Source: an uncultured Candidatus Saccharibacteria bacterium (GTDB lineage Bacteria; Patescibacteriota; Saccharimonadia; Saccharimonadales; CAZJQT01). From it: a DNA stretch of 64,000 bases. Below the pieces are notes generated by a model. It had not been told where the DNA came from and made no database searches. It was given only the letters and a program-made list of their open reading frames with translations. Location: NCBI GenBank assembly GCA_964548655.1, contig CAZJQT010000001.1:30884-94883 (forward strand). The letters run 5' to 3'. This document shows, one piece after another, positions 8,897-18,674 of the stretch. The position numbers were made by a program, and so were the translations under genes. Within the stretch, counting starts at the first letter, position 1. Each line of letters begins with the position of its first letter.

Positions 8897-10651
8897 ATGG
8901 ACTCTGTGGATGAGATCAAACAAAGGTTGAATATTGAGGATGTAATTGCTGAATACGTCCAACTAAAACGCTCTGGCCGTAACTTCAAGGGCTTAAGTCC
9001 ATTCAACAATGAAAAAACACCGAGCTTTATGGTCAGCCCCGAGAAGCAAATTTGGCATGATTTTTCTTCAAACAAGGGTGGCAATATGTTCAGCTTTGTT
9101 ATGGAGATGGAGGGTCTGGATTTCCGTGGCGCCCTAGAACTCTTAGCCCGCAAAGCCGGCGTTGATCTGGATCAATACAGGGGTCAAAGTGGCAGTAATG
9201 CCAAACTCAAAGAGCGTTTGCGCGAAGCCTTGCAACTGGCTACTAAGTTCTACCAAGTTCAGTTTAGTCATAGCTCGGAGGCTATCGATTACGTTTTTAA
9301 AAAACGTGGTTTCACTAAGCAAACAGCTTTGGATTTTAAACTTGGTTATTCGCCCAATAATGGCTCGGCATTGTTAGATTTTATGAAGAAAAAGGGCTTT
9401 AGCGAAGACGAGCTAAAAAAGGCTGGCCTGACCGCCCAAAGACGCAATGGCACAGGCGATATGTTCCGTGGCCGCTTAATGGTGCCACTCATGGACACAC
9501 AGGGCTCAGTCATCGGCTTTACAGCCCGGCAGTTGGACGAGGATCCTAACGCTCCCAAGTACATCAACACGCCACAAACCTTGCTGTACGACAAAAGCCG
9601 CCACGTCTATGGTCTGAATCTGGCCAAGGAATCAATCCGGCGTCAGAAATATGCCATTTTGGTAGAAGGGAACCTAGACGTGATCGCCAGTCATCAAGCT
9701 GGCGTTAAAAATACTGTGGCTACCGCCGGTACTGCGTTGACTGAACAGCATCTCAAGGCGCTGGGGCGTTTTGCCAATGATATTCGGCTGTGTTTTGATG
9801 CAGATAGTGCTGGCCTAGCGGCCACTGAACGCTCGATTCCGATTGCTTCCAGAACTGGGGTAAAACTAAGTATTATCAACCTGCCTGGTGGCAAAGACCC
9901 CGATGAATTAATCAAACAGGACGTGGCCAAATGGCAACAAACAGTTGAAAAACCAATTTATGCGCTGGATTGGCTAATTACCCATTACCAAAAGCAGCTG
10001 GATTTGGATTCTGGTAGTGGCAAACGGGAGTTTAGCGACCTGCTTTTGCCAACTTTGAAAGGTCTGGGTGATCCGGTAGAGCAGGACCACTACATCCGTA
10101 AACTTGCCAAACTCATAGACGTCAACGCCTCGGCGCTGCGTGAAAAGGTAGAAGCCAAAAGTACTAGTGCTGTTCAGCTCAAAAGATCCAAAGCAGTCCC
10201 GGTTGTCGATGACCAGCAGCAACTAGAATGGGCCAAGGCCCAAGACCACTTACTGGCCTTAACTTTAATGAGGCCAGATCTGCGCGACCTACTAGATCTG
10301 ATTGATTCGGAAATGTTCCCGCAAGACTCAGGCAGACAACTGCTGGAATACTTGCAGACGCACCCAGACTTTGATGGCAACCTGACTCATGCTCCTCTGT
10401 TGCAATCTATCGCTGACTATGTCAAAATTATCTCATTACAATATGAGGCGCTATTTATTGATCTAGATGAGACCGAAGCCCGTTATGAGGCTAACCGTCT
10501 CCGGATCCGCCTGATTGACATATTTGTCAGAACTAAAAAAGCTCAAATCTCAACAGCCTTAAAAGAAGCCGATGACGAAACCGCTCAAAAGCTTCTGACC
10601 CGTGTGAAAAGCCTAGATAATTTATTAAAGACCAGTCAGGAGACTATCTAA
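8897..10651 (+). CDS. dnaG: DNA primase (zinc-ligand-less variant)
   Basis: The primase N-terminal motif is [12 protein letters not shown]. The TOPRIM region is [16 protein letters not shown]...CFDADSAG. It sits directly upstream of rpoD, the conserved dnaG-rpoD arrangement. Confidence 0.9.
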   Translation: MDSVDEIKQRLNIEDVIAEYVQLKRSGRNFKGLSPFNNEKTPSFMVSPEKQIWHDFSSNKGGNMFSFVMEMEGLDFRGALELLARKAGVDLDQYRGQSGSNAKLKERLREALQLATKFYQVQFSHSSEAIDYVFKKRGFTKQTALDFKLGYSPNNGSALLDFMKKKGFSEDELKKAGLTAQRRNGTGDMFRGRLMVPLMDTQGSVIGFTARQLDEDPNAPKYINTPQTLLYDKSRHVYGLNLAKESIRRQKYAILVEGNLDVIASHQAGVKNTVATAGTALTEQHLKALGRFANDIRLCFDADSAGLAATERSIPIASRTGVKLSIINLPGGKDPDELIKQDVAKWQQTVEKPIYALDWLITHYQKQLDLDSGSGKREFSDLLLPTLKGLGDPVEQDHYIRKLAKLIDVNASALREKVEAKSTSAVQLKRSKAVPVVDDQQQLEWAKAQDHLLALTLMRPDLRDLLDLIDSEMFPQDSGRQLLEYLQTHPDFDGNLTHAPLLQSIADYVKIISLQYEALFIDLDETEARYEANRLRIRLIDIFVRTKKAQISTALKEADDETAQKLLTRVKSLDNLLKTSQETI

Positions 10652-11781
10652 TGCCAGCCAAAAAACCTGCCAAGAAGGACGAGCCGGAAATTGATCCGGA
10701 TATGATCACCAAGAAGGACGATCTGTTTAAGAAAGCCAAAAAAGATGGCAAAATTGACCAACGCGAAATTTTTGAAGCCATTGCCGATGTACCAGAAAAC
10801 GCCGAAGTTTTGGACATGCTCTACACCCAACTAGCCGACAGCAATATTCTGGTAGTAGAATCAGCCGCACCCGTGGCCGGCTTTGGTGACCAGTGGGAAG
10901 CTGAGGAAGAGGAAGAAGTCGTCCTAGACGATAACGCTTATTTAGACGATATCGCCGATGACTCAGTACGTTTGTACCTGCGTGAAATCGGTAAAATCCC
11001 GCTGCTAACCGCAGAGGAAGAACTAGCTCTAGCCAAAAAAGTCGTAGCCGGTAGCAAAGGTGCCAAAGATAAAATGGCCGAAGCCAATATGCGTTTAGTT
11101 GTCTCAATTGCCAAGCGCTACGTCGGTCGTGGCTTGGACCTACTAGACCTGATTCAAGAAGGTAACACAGGACTACTGCGCGCTGTTGAGAAGTTTGACC
11201 CGGACAAGGGTTTCAAATTCAGTACCTACGCTACTTGGTGGATTCGCCAGGCTATCACCCGTGCTATCGCTGACCAAGCTCGGACCATCCGTATTCCGGT
11301 GCACATGGTTGAAACCATCAACAAATTGCTGCGTACTCAGCGCCGACTAACTCAGGAACTCAACCGTGAGCCAACCAACGAGGAAATCGCCGCCGAGATG
11401 GAGATTGACGTCGATAAAGTCGAACACATCATGAAGATCAAACAGGATATTTCATCTCTGGATGCTTCAGTTCGTGATGATGAGGAAGACTCTGTCTTGG
11501 CCGATTTTATTGAGGATGAAGACACCGTCAGCCCAGAAGAATCAGCCACCACTCAGTTACTAAAAGAGCATGTCAAAGACATGCTGGGCGCTCTAACAGA
11601 GCGTGAACAAAAGATTTTAAAACTGCGTTTTGGCCTCGAGGATGGTAAAAGCCACACCCTTGAGGAAGTCGGGCAGGAGTTCATGGTTACCCGTGAACGC
11701 ATTCGCCAGATTGAAGCCAAAGCCCTGGCCAAACTACGTAAGCACAAAGACGCCAAAAAGCTCCACGACTATATCAAATAA
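10651..11781 (+). CDS. rpoD: RNA polymerase primary sigma factor (sigma-70)
   Basis: Region 2 is [53 protein letters not shown]. Region 4 is [24 protein letters not shown]. Confidence 0.95.
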   Translation: MPAKKPAKKDEPEIDPDMITKKDDLFKKAKKDGKIDQREIFEAIADVPENAEVLDMLYTQLADSNILVVESAAPVAGFGDQWEAEEEEEVVLDDNAYLDDIADDSVRLYLREIGKIPLLTAEEELALAKKVVAGSKGAKDKMAEANMRLVVSIAKRYVGRGLDLLDLIQEGNTGLLRAVEKFDPDKGFKFSTYATWWIRQAITRAIADQARTIRIPVHMVETINKLLRTQRRLTQELNREPTNEEIAAEMEIDVDKVEHIMKIKQDISSLDASVRDDEEDSVLADFIEDEDTVSPEESATTQLLKEHVKDMLGALTEREQKILKLRFGLEDGKSHTLEEVGQEFMVTRERIRQIEAKALAKLRKHKDAKKLHDYIK

Positions 11782-11797
11782 CCGTTCACCTTTTGGC

Positions 11798-11902
11798 TTG
11801 GGGCACTGTTACACGCAGGGTTTGCAGGGCAAACTCTGGTTGCACTACGCCTGAGTACCCCAAATCCAAAATGTTCACTATGAATTGGGCTACTCCTTCC
11901 TG
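11798..11902 (+). repeat. Gene-terminal structured element ending in the GGGCTACTCCTTCCTG box (rpoD 3' side)
   Basis: The outer pair is TTGGGGCAC / GTACCCCAA. The inner hairpin is CAGGGTTTGC-AGG-GCAAACTCTG. The 3' box is TTGGGCTACTCCTTCCTG. Confidence 0.55.
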
Positions 11903-11918
11903 AAAAACAAAATTTCGT

Positions 11919-13025
11919 CTAAGTATTTTTAACCAGGGCGTAACCCAGTTTTTTATGATTCTCGATGTTGTAGGGTTGGGTCACAAAAGCAGGGTGTTTA
12001 CGCAAACGATAAACCAGGGCATTGAGTGCCCATTCTGATCCCAGTTCCTCACCACGCCAAACCGCGTCATAAATTTCTATTTTGGGCACTACTCGTCCTT
12101 GATAACGTTTGAGTATGGCAAGAAGCCGGCGTTCTTTTACGGGTAGTTTTGAACTTACCGATCCAACCACTCCATCTCTAAATAACGGTGAGAAAAGCTC
12201 AAATTTTTTGCCTTTAGGTATAACCAAGCCAACATTTGTCAGATAGATGTCTGGTTTGGCATACTCGCCAGTAGTGGCGACTTTTCTGAGAATAGTTTTT
12301 TGTGATGCGGACAGATGAGACCAGATGTTCTCAAAAGACAATTTGATAAAAGGATCTTGGATTGGGGTAGGGCGGTACTCGGACTGGAGAAGCAACTGTA
12401 AGAATTGGAAATGACCACCACTCAAACGCACAATGTTTTTAAATGTCTGGTCATCAATCTCTAATTTGGGACCATAAACGTCCAAGAGGTAACGTAAGTC
12501 ATCTTGACTATAACGTTTCAGGTAATATTTATTGGCCAGCAGACGCAGGTCCAAATTGGTTAGTTCCGTCGGTAAAATTGTCTCCAGGCGCTTGCAGATA
12601 CCAAAAACAAACACAATTTTGGACTGATCTATGCTCAGTAAACTCCGCAGATAGCGAAAGAAATCATTATTAAAATCTTTGAACAACTTATCAAAACCGC
12701 TAATAACAATAACCACTTTTTCATCAGTTTTTAGAATATGGCTAAGTCTTTCTTGGCAGGAACGAATCATTTCCTCAATGTTTTTACCGTTGCTTTTGCC
12801 GCCAAGTTGTTCCAGTAGGTTACTGAAAAATTCTTTTGAACTTAATGAGGGCAGGCTGAAGACGTCAATATGTATCATCTTGCCGTAAGGCTGACGGGCC
12901 AGCTGTTTTAGAAAAACTGAGATTCCACAACCAGGTATGCCAATGACTGAGGTTGATTGGCCGCTATCCAGCATCTTCTTTATAGCGCCAAATTGTGTAC
13001 TAGCAAATTGATGATCTTGACTCAT
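11919..13025 (-). CDS. P-loop NTPase-like domain fused to a C-terminal OmpR/PhoB-type winged-helix DNA-binding domain
   Basis: The N-terminal GIPGCGIS is a Walker-A-like motif that lacks the Lys. VVIVISGFD is Walker-B-like. The C-terminus is trans_reg_C-like: KERRLLAILKRYQGRVVPKIEIYDAVWRGE...LNALVYRLRKH. Confidence 0.6.
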   Translation of the reverse strand: MSQDHQFASTQFGAIKKMLDSGQSTSVIGIPGCGISVFLKQLARQPYGKMIHIDVFSLPSLSSKEFFSNLLEQLGGKSNGKNIEEMIRSCQERLSHILKTDEKVVIVISGFDKLFKDFNNDFFRYLRSLLSIDQSKIVFVFGICKRLETILPTELTNLDLRLLANKYYLKRYSQDDLRYLLDVYGPKLEIDDQTFKNIVRLSGGHFQFLQLLLQSEYRPTPIQDPFIKLSFENIWSHLSASQKTILRKVATTGEYAKPDIYLTNVGLVIPKGKKFELFSPLFRDGVVGSVSSKLPVKERRLLAILKRYQGRVVPKIEIYDAVWRGEELGSEWALNALVYRLRKHPAFVTQPYNIENHKKLGYALVKNT

Positions 13026-13119
13026 TATTAGAATCCTATCTATAAAACGTCATAATTTTATCATATTTGCATCAAGCAAACAAGTCCTTTCTTTTCTACA
13101 ATTAGAGCGTCATTAACTT

Positions 13120-13521
13120 ATGAAAGGACTGACCATGGAATTAAAACCAACCATGACAAGAAAAGAAGCCGTTCAGTTTTCGAATGTTCTTAGCCAAACT
13201 GTGTTTGCGGTAGAAAAAGACCAACCAAGCAAACTGACTGATCGTCAAAAAATGATCGCTAACCTAGCAATTAGCCAACTGCGAGAGGACAACCATGATG
13301 ACAACGTCAGACTAGAACTTGAACACGAAGATCTAAATGACCTTGTTCGTGTGACCCAGGTGGCGCTGGATGACCCACGTCGGATTGTTTACGGGCTGAT
13401 TACCTACGACATCGACATCGAAGATTCACCCACACACTGGGACGAACGCGGCGATGCTTTCAGATCACTGGCTGTAGCGGCCGATTTTGTGGAATTAGCC
13501 AAGCCATTCAAGGGAGTTTGA
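13120..13521 (+). CDS. Hypothetical acidic protein, paralogous to the N-terminal half of the next ORF
   Basis: 133-aa ORF. It ends in a TGA immediately followed, in the same frame, by the GTG start of the next ORF. Confidence 0.5.
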   Translation: MKGLTMELKPTMTRKEAVQFSNVLSQTVFAVEKDQPSKLTDRQKMIANLAISQLREDNHDDNVRLELEHEDLNDLVRVTQVALDDPRRIVYGLITYDIDIEDSPTHWDERGDAFRSLAVAADFVELAKPFKGV

Positions 13522-14280
13522 GTGGAATTTAAACAACATCATCTAGAACTTACGAAACAAGAAGCTCGAGATCTAGCAGAAGTATTTAGTATCACGGCAA
13601 GCCTGAACGATTGGGGACCACTTAGTGGAGTTGTTCGTGAACCAACCACAGAAGAACGAACAAAGGCCAGAGGCTTGGTATGGCAAACTGCACCGACTTT
13701 AGGTCCTGACTTTGCAAACCCAAATATGGTTGAGGAAGATAGGCTCGTACTTGGTGCTGAACATTTTCTGACAGTTAAGAATATTGCGGAACTTGCCTTG
13801 GATAATTCGCAAAAGATTGTCTCGGGTCTATGTACACCGAATGTGTGCGACGGTTACCGTAGCGAATGGCGCCCAGCTGCTTACCATATTCTCGCCATGA
13901 CTGCCGAAATCAGCGAAAAAATTCAGATACTCGAGCAAAATCCCAATATTTCTCCTGAAAGCCTCAATGCAAAAAAAGTTCCTTCTTATCAAGCCGAAGT
14001 GAAACACGAGAAAACAATAGAAGCCCGAACGGCTGAAGTTGGTCAAACTTTACGAGAACGCAGACAAGCTCTGGGTTACAACCAAGCAGAAATTGCGCGG
14101 ATGGCTGGGATGACCAGAACGTATTTAAATATGATCGAAAATGCAGAACGACCGAAGGTTTCTGATAAAAATAAGCACAAACTGTGGCCGTCTAGGAAGA
14201 TGCTTACAGGCCTCTCGGTGGCATTAGATTTAGATACAGACACGTTACTAGCCTTAGCCGGATACGACGTAGACGCTTAG
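13522..14280 (+). CDS. XRE-family HTH protein with an N-terminal domain paralogous to the upstream ORF
   Basis: The C-terminal HTH_3-like segment is LRERRQALGYNQAEIARMAGMTRTYLNMIEN. An AGGGAG SD lies 5 nt upstream of the GTG. Confidence 0.6.
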   Translation: MEFKQHHLELTKQEARDLAEVFSITASLNDWGPLSGVVREPTTEERTKARGLVWQTAPTLGPDFANPNMVEEDRLVLGAEHFLTVKNIAELALDNSQKIVSGLCTPNVCDGYRSEWRPAAYHILAMTAEISEKIQILEQNPNISPESLNAKKVPSYQAEVKHEKTIEARTAEVGQTLRERRQALGYNQAEIARMAGMTRTYLNMIENAERPKVSDKNKHKLWPSRKMLTGLSVALDLDTDTLLALAGYDVDA

Positions 14281-14298
14281 GTAGGTTACAATAAACGC

Positions 14299-14892
14299 AT
14301 GAAAATTGTTGGGATTGGCGGTTTGCCAAGGAGCGGCAAGGATACACTGGCTGAACTTCTTATTAAGGATGGCTATTTTGGCTTTTCTTTTGGCGACTAT
14401 AATCGCAAGTTTACATTTGAACGTCACAAGGACAAACCCGATCCGATTTCGCGCGAAAATACGACCGAGACATCCAATTGGTTACGCGAAAAATATGGTG
14501 CTGATTTCTTCCTCAAAGCTGCTCTGAAAGAATATGAGATAGCCAAAGCCGAAGACGGCAATTATAAAGGCGTTGTATTGTTCAGCGTGCGTGCCCCTGT
14601 GGAAGTTGATTGGATTTTGAAACATGGCGGTGAACTTATCTGGGTCGAAGCCAGTGATAAAGTACGCCATCAACGCATGCTAGATCATCTGCGAGAAGGT
14701 GAGCTGCCAATAAACTTAGAAGAGTTCAAGCGACAAGAAGCTGAACAGTGGCAGCCTCAGCCAGGTATTCCTGAAGAGTCCCAGATGAACATTAGCTATG
14801 TCAAAAAACACGCCACCAAAATCGTCGTAAATAACGACAACGACGTCAATAAATTCTTGCAAGCCGCTCAAAATGCTCTCGGTTTGAACTAA
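14299..14892 (+). CDS. P-loop nucleotide kinase (dNMP-kinase-like)
   Basis: The P-loop is GIGGLPRSGKDT, resembling the phage T4 gp1 type xRSGKDT motif. Size is 197 aa. Confidence 0.5.
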   Translation: MKIVGIGGLPRSGKDTLAELLIKDGYFGFSFGDYNRKFTFERHKDKPDPISRENTTETSNWLREKYGADFFLKAALKEYEIAKAEDGNYKGVVLFSVRAPVEVDWILKHGGELIWVEASDKVRHQRMLDHLREGELPINLEEFKRQEAEQWQPQPGIPEESQMNISYVKKHATKIVVNNDNDVNKFLQAAQNALGLN

Positions 14893-14914
14893 TTAACAGA
14901 GTATACTTTTAGTT

Positions 14915-17539
14915 ATGGCGGAGAGGAAAAAACTAGCGATAATTGACGGTAAGTCAGTGTTTTATCGTGGTTATTACGCCATGCCCAGTTTGAGTACTAA
15001 CGATGGCACACCAACTGGCGGGGTTTATGGCTTTGCCACTATGGCACTGGAAGTTCTGAAACTTCTAAAACCCGATTACGTGGCCGTGGCGTGGGACAAG
15101 CCCAAAACCAATATCCGCAAGCGTCTAGCCATGTACCCGCAATACAAAGCCAACCGTAAACCAGCACCGGCCGATTTTAAGATCCAAATCCCTCTGTTAC
15201 ATGAACTGCTTCGAGCTTTTGGCTGGCCACTTTACGAGCTGGATGATTACGAAGCCGATGACATCATGGGTACCCTAGCTGTCCAGGCAACAAAAAAAGA
15301 CATCGAGACTATGCTCATAACGTCGGACTTAGATATGTTGCAATTGATCAACGGCCACACGCACGTTTATGCACTCAAAAAAGGCCTCAGCAACATAGAA
15401 TTATTCCACCCGGAAAGCTTTGAACAAAAATACGGGATTAGCGCCGAACAATTTTTGGATCTAAAGGCTCTAAAAGGCGACAGTTCAGACAATATTCCAG
15501 GGGTACCGGGCATTGGCGAGAAAGGCGCTATAGAATTACTCAAGCAGTTTGAAACACTAGACGGAGTCTACGAAAACCTAGACTTAATTAAGAATTCAAC
15601 TAAAGACAAATTGGTTGCCGGTAAAGATCTAGCCTACCTGAGTAAAAAATTAGCTGCTATTTGGACTGACGCGCCGATCAAACTGGATCTCAAAGAAGTT
15701 GATGGTACTAAAGCTGAACCGGAAAAGATCAGGGAAGTCTTGCAGAAGCTGGAGTTCAAATCTCTGGTGCGCCAGCTACCGGAAATTATGCAGATAAAGC
15801 CGGAGGATGAACTCAAGGGTCAATACACTCATAAATCAACAGAGGTAAAAGTTATCAGCAGTGATGCTGAACTAGCCAAACTCAATCTCAGCAAAACTGA
15901 CAAATTATTTATCCATAGTCGTAGTGCAGGCAAGCACGGCAAAGACCCACTAGCATTAATCGTTAGCCCAAACGGTAAGCAAACTTATGCTATTGATCTA
16001 AAGAAAGTATCAGCCAAAGCCCTTAGCGCTCAGCTTGCGGGTGTTGCGGTGATTGGCTTTGACGTCAAATCAACTCTTAAAGTTCTGCTAGAACTAGGCC
16101 TAGAACTGCCGGAGGTTGCTCACGATGTCTTGATCGGCGCCTTTCTGCTCAATTCACTGCGTCGTGACCAGAGTCTGACTGATCTAGCCAAAGCCGACTT
16201 AGATTTTGAAGGGTCGCTGGAAGATCTGACTAATGAGGAGTTAGTGGAACGGGGCAGTGAAATCATCAGTGTTATCAACGCACTTTATAAAATCCAAGTA
16301 GATGGCTTTGCCAAATTCCCCAAAATATCCAGTCTGGCCGAGGTTATCGAATGGCCGGTTATAACTGTGTTGGCTCGCATGGAACACACAGGCATCAAGC
16401 TTGATGGTAAGTACCTGGGGCTAATGTCAGAGAAGCTAAATGATGCCATTTCTGACCTTGAGCAACAAATTTACGGCTACGCTGACCAGGAATTTAACAT
16501 CGCTAGTCCCACCCAGCTGGCTGATATTTTGTTCAACAAGCTCAAGCTACCAACGGCTACTATCAAAAAGGGCAAAACTGGTTACTCAACCGCCGCGAGC
16601 GAGCTAGTTAAACTACGTGAAGCCTCACCCATCATTGACTTTATTAGCCAATTCCGAGAGGTTACCAAGCTCAAAAACACCTACGTTGATACTTTACCGA
16701 CTCAGGTTGATGAAAATTCACGTCTGCACACTACTTTTGCCATGACCGTGGCCCAAACTGGACGCTTGAGCTCCAATGACCCGAATTTGCAGAACATCCC
16801 TGTTAAAACTGAGCTTGGCAAGCAAATTCGCACTGCTTTTGTGGCCGGTCCGGGCAAAATGTTTGTCAGCGCTGACTATTCACAGTTTGAACTACGCATT
16901 GCCGCTTATTTATCCAAAGACCAGCGGTTGATAGATATGTTCAACAAGGACGTAGATGTCCATTTAGCCACTGCCGCCGAAGTTTACGGTCGGGCTGAAG
17001 AGGACGTTACCAAAAATATGCGCCGCGAGGCCAAGGTCCTGAATTTTGGCGTTATGTACGGCCTGGGCGCGCACGGTATGACCCAACAGACTAGTCTGAA
17101 CTACGAACAAGCCAATAGTTTTATCAAAAAATACTTTGAGCTCAGGCCCAAACTAAAGGAATATATCGACTCCGTTAAAGAGCAGGCCCAAAAACGGGGT
17201 TATGTTGAGACTATTTTTGGCCGCCGCCGGCCGACACCAGATGTGCATTCATCCAATTTTGTCGTCCGCGAGGCCGCCATGCGGGCGGCTGTGAACATGC
17301 CATTTCAGGGTAGTGCGGCCGACATTATGAAACTAGCTATGGTCAAACTTCAGAAAGAACTAGACGGCACCGACTGCAAGTTACTCCTTCAGATCCATGA
17401 CTCCGTCATTGCTGAATGCGACGAGAAAGATGCTGAGAAAATGGCCAAACTGTTCAAGGATGTAATGGAAGCGGCTCACAAACTACCCGTAAAACTAACT
17501 GTCGATACCTCAACCGGCAAAAACTGGGGTGAACTGTGA
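14915..17539 (+). CDS. polA: DNA polymerase I
   Basis: The 5'-nuclease N-terminus is IIDGKSVFYRGYYA and LKGDSSDNIPGVPGIGEKGA. Pol motifs are DYSQFELRI, KVLNFGVMYG and LQIHDSVI. Confidence 0.95.
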   Translation: MAERKKLAIIDGKSVFYRGYYAMPSLSTNDGTPTGGVYGFATMALEVLKLLKPDYVAVAWDKPKTNIRKRLAMYPQYKANRKPAPADFKIQIPLLHELLRAFGWPLYELDDYEADDIMGTLAVQATKKDIETMLITSDLDMLQLINGHTHVYALKKGLSNIELFHPESFEQKYGISAEQFLDLKALKGDSSDNIPGVPGIGEKGAIELLKQFETLDGVYENLDLIKNSTKDKLVAGKDLAYLSKKLAAIWTDAPIKLDLKEVDGTKAEPEKIREVLQKLEFKSLVRQLPEIMQIKPEDELKGQYTHKSTEVKVISSDAELAKLNLSKTDKLFIHSRSAGKHGKDPLALIVSPNGKQTYAIDLKKVSAKALSAQLAGVAVIGFDVKSTLKVLLELGLELPEVAHDVLIGAFLLNSLRRDQSLTDLAKADLDFEGSLEDLTNEELVERGSEIISVINALYKIQVDGFAKFPKISSLAEVIEWPVITVLARMEHTGIKLDGKYLGLMSEKLNDAISDLEQQIYGYADQEFNIASPTQLADILFNKLKLPTATIKKGKTGYSTAASELVKLREASPIIDFISQFREVTKLKNTYVDTLPTQVDENSRLHTTFAMTVAQTGRLSSNDPNLQNIPVKTELGKQIRTAFVAGPGKMFVSADYSQFELRIAAYLSKDQRLIDMFNKDVDVHLATAAEVYGRAEEDVTKNMRREAKVLNFGVMYGLGAHGMTQQTSLNYEQANSFIKKYFELRPKLKEYIDSVKEQAQKRGYVETIFGRRRPTPDVHSSNFVVREAAMRAAVNMPFQGSAADIMKLAMVKLQKELDGTDCKLLLQIHDSVIAECDEKDAEKMAKLFKDVMEAAHKLPVKLTVDTSTGKNWGEL

Positions 17540-18144
17540 ATGAAACTACTACTGAGAACTTTCGGGAAAAGTATTATCCTAGAGAAGGTTTTGACCCAAT
17601 CAAGGTTAGGATTGAAGGCGATGCACCAGACGAATGCTTAGAAGCATTGGACCAAGCAATGCGATTGTTGGACAAAGCTCTTGGCAAAAATTTGTATAAA
17701 TTATGCGCAGGATTGGAAATCAGTATAGTTAATGATTTGGTTACGGGTGGTGGAGGACATGCCATAGCGGAAAAAAACCGAATAGAAATGGACAAAGCCA
17801 AAAGCGCCATGCCTATCAATGAAGCCAGAAAGTATTTAACCAGCCAGGGCATTATTGAAGAGGGTGAAGAAATCGGTAATCTCATCGGCGAAAGTGATGA
17901 ACCATGGAGCGAGATGGTACCGGGTTTAATTCATGAGGTCGGCCATATTATTGATTGGCATGCTCCTGGCGACAAGTATCATAGGCTGAAACCTGAAGAT
18001 TCACCGACCAAATACGGCCGAACAAAAGGCCCACACGAAGCTTTTGCTGAAGCCTTTGTCTATTGGGTATATGGTCTACCGCAATCATCAAAGGTTACGC
18101 ATATCATCGAAGAGACTATTGGCAAAAACAAGGATGAACTATGA
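17536..18144 (+). CDS. Putative cytoplasmic zinc metallopeptidase (gluzincin-like, HEXXH)
   Basis: HEVGH is followed about 35 aa later by HEAFAEAFVYW, the downstream Glu pattern seen in M34/Zmp1-like enzymes. GTGA overlap with polA. No signal peptide. Confidence 0.45.
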   Translation: MNETTTENFREKYYPREGFDPIKVRIEGDAPDECLEALDQAMRLLDKALGKNLYKLCAGLEISIVNDLVTGGGGHAIAEKNRIEMDKAKSAMPINEARKYLTSQGIIEEGEEIGNLIGESDEPWSEMVPGLIHEVGHIIDWHAPGDKYHRLKPEDSPTKYGRTKGPHEAFAEAFVYWVYGLPQSSKVTHIIEETIGKNKDEL

Positions 18145-18674
18145 AAGATTACCTGGAACAAATTGATCAGTACGCTGTGGAGCTGGAAAATTTCATTAGT
18201 GCACACAACCTGCCAGAAGCCTGGTTTGCGCAACCAGACCACGTGGCTATTAAATGCGCTGATGGCATGGACTATGAAGACACAATGGAAGAGTTCAAAG
18301 GCGAAGCCAAGCAAAGAACCGAAGTGGAGATGCACGGTCGCCGTCTAGGCACTGTCAAGCTAATTAGCTCTGTCGCACTAGGCAATTTTGGTGATATTAG
18401 CTGGATTGAAGTCATGGAACCACGGCCAGAAAAAGTTGGTAAAGACCTAGTCGGGCTTGATCATGCTGAGTTTCATTTCCCGAACTTCAAGCCAGTAAAA
18501 ATAACATTCAATATGCGCGGGATCCACTACAAAATACCGGACGATAATCCAGAGCATCAATCTATCAATGTAATCATAAATAAAGTAACGGATCATGAAG
18601 TTAAATTTAATGATAAGACTTTGGCTTACATTGTTGCCCACGAGCTCAAAGAGGGAAAGGCAAGAGTATTATGA
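18141..18674 (+). CDS. VOC-superfamily / YecM-like protein
   Basis: The PDHVAIKC ... IEVMEPRP ... LDHAEFHF pattern resembles the YecM/glyoxalase-fold family. ATGA overlap with the upstream gene. Confidence 0.45.
   Translation: MKDYLEQIDQYAVELENFISAHNLPEAWFAQPDHVAIKCADGMDYEDTMEEFKGEAKQRTEVEMHGRRLGTVKLISSVALGNFGDISWIEVMEPRPEKVGKDLVGLDHAEFHFPNFKPVKITFNMRGIHYKIPDDNPEHQSINVIINKVTDHEVKFNDKTLAYIVAHELKEGKARVL

Noticed and set aside
13048-13115. Direct repeats CGTCATAA (13048) and CGTCATTA (13108) could be operators for the wHTH regulator.
   Set aside because: There are only two 8-nt, AT-rich matches about 60 nt apart, which is too weak to call without binding data. They are mentioned only as context.
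13519-13521. The in-frame TGA between the two paralogous ORFs could mean genetic code 25 (TGA = Gly), as in some CPR lineages.
   Set aside because: Many well-defined genes in this window terminate at TGA at the expected C-terminus (argS, the HAD gene, polA and others). Reading TGA as sense would fuse unrelated genes. The standard code 11 is therefore in use.
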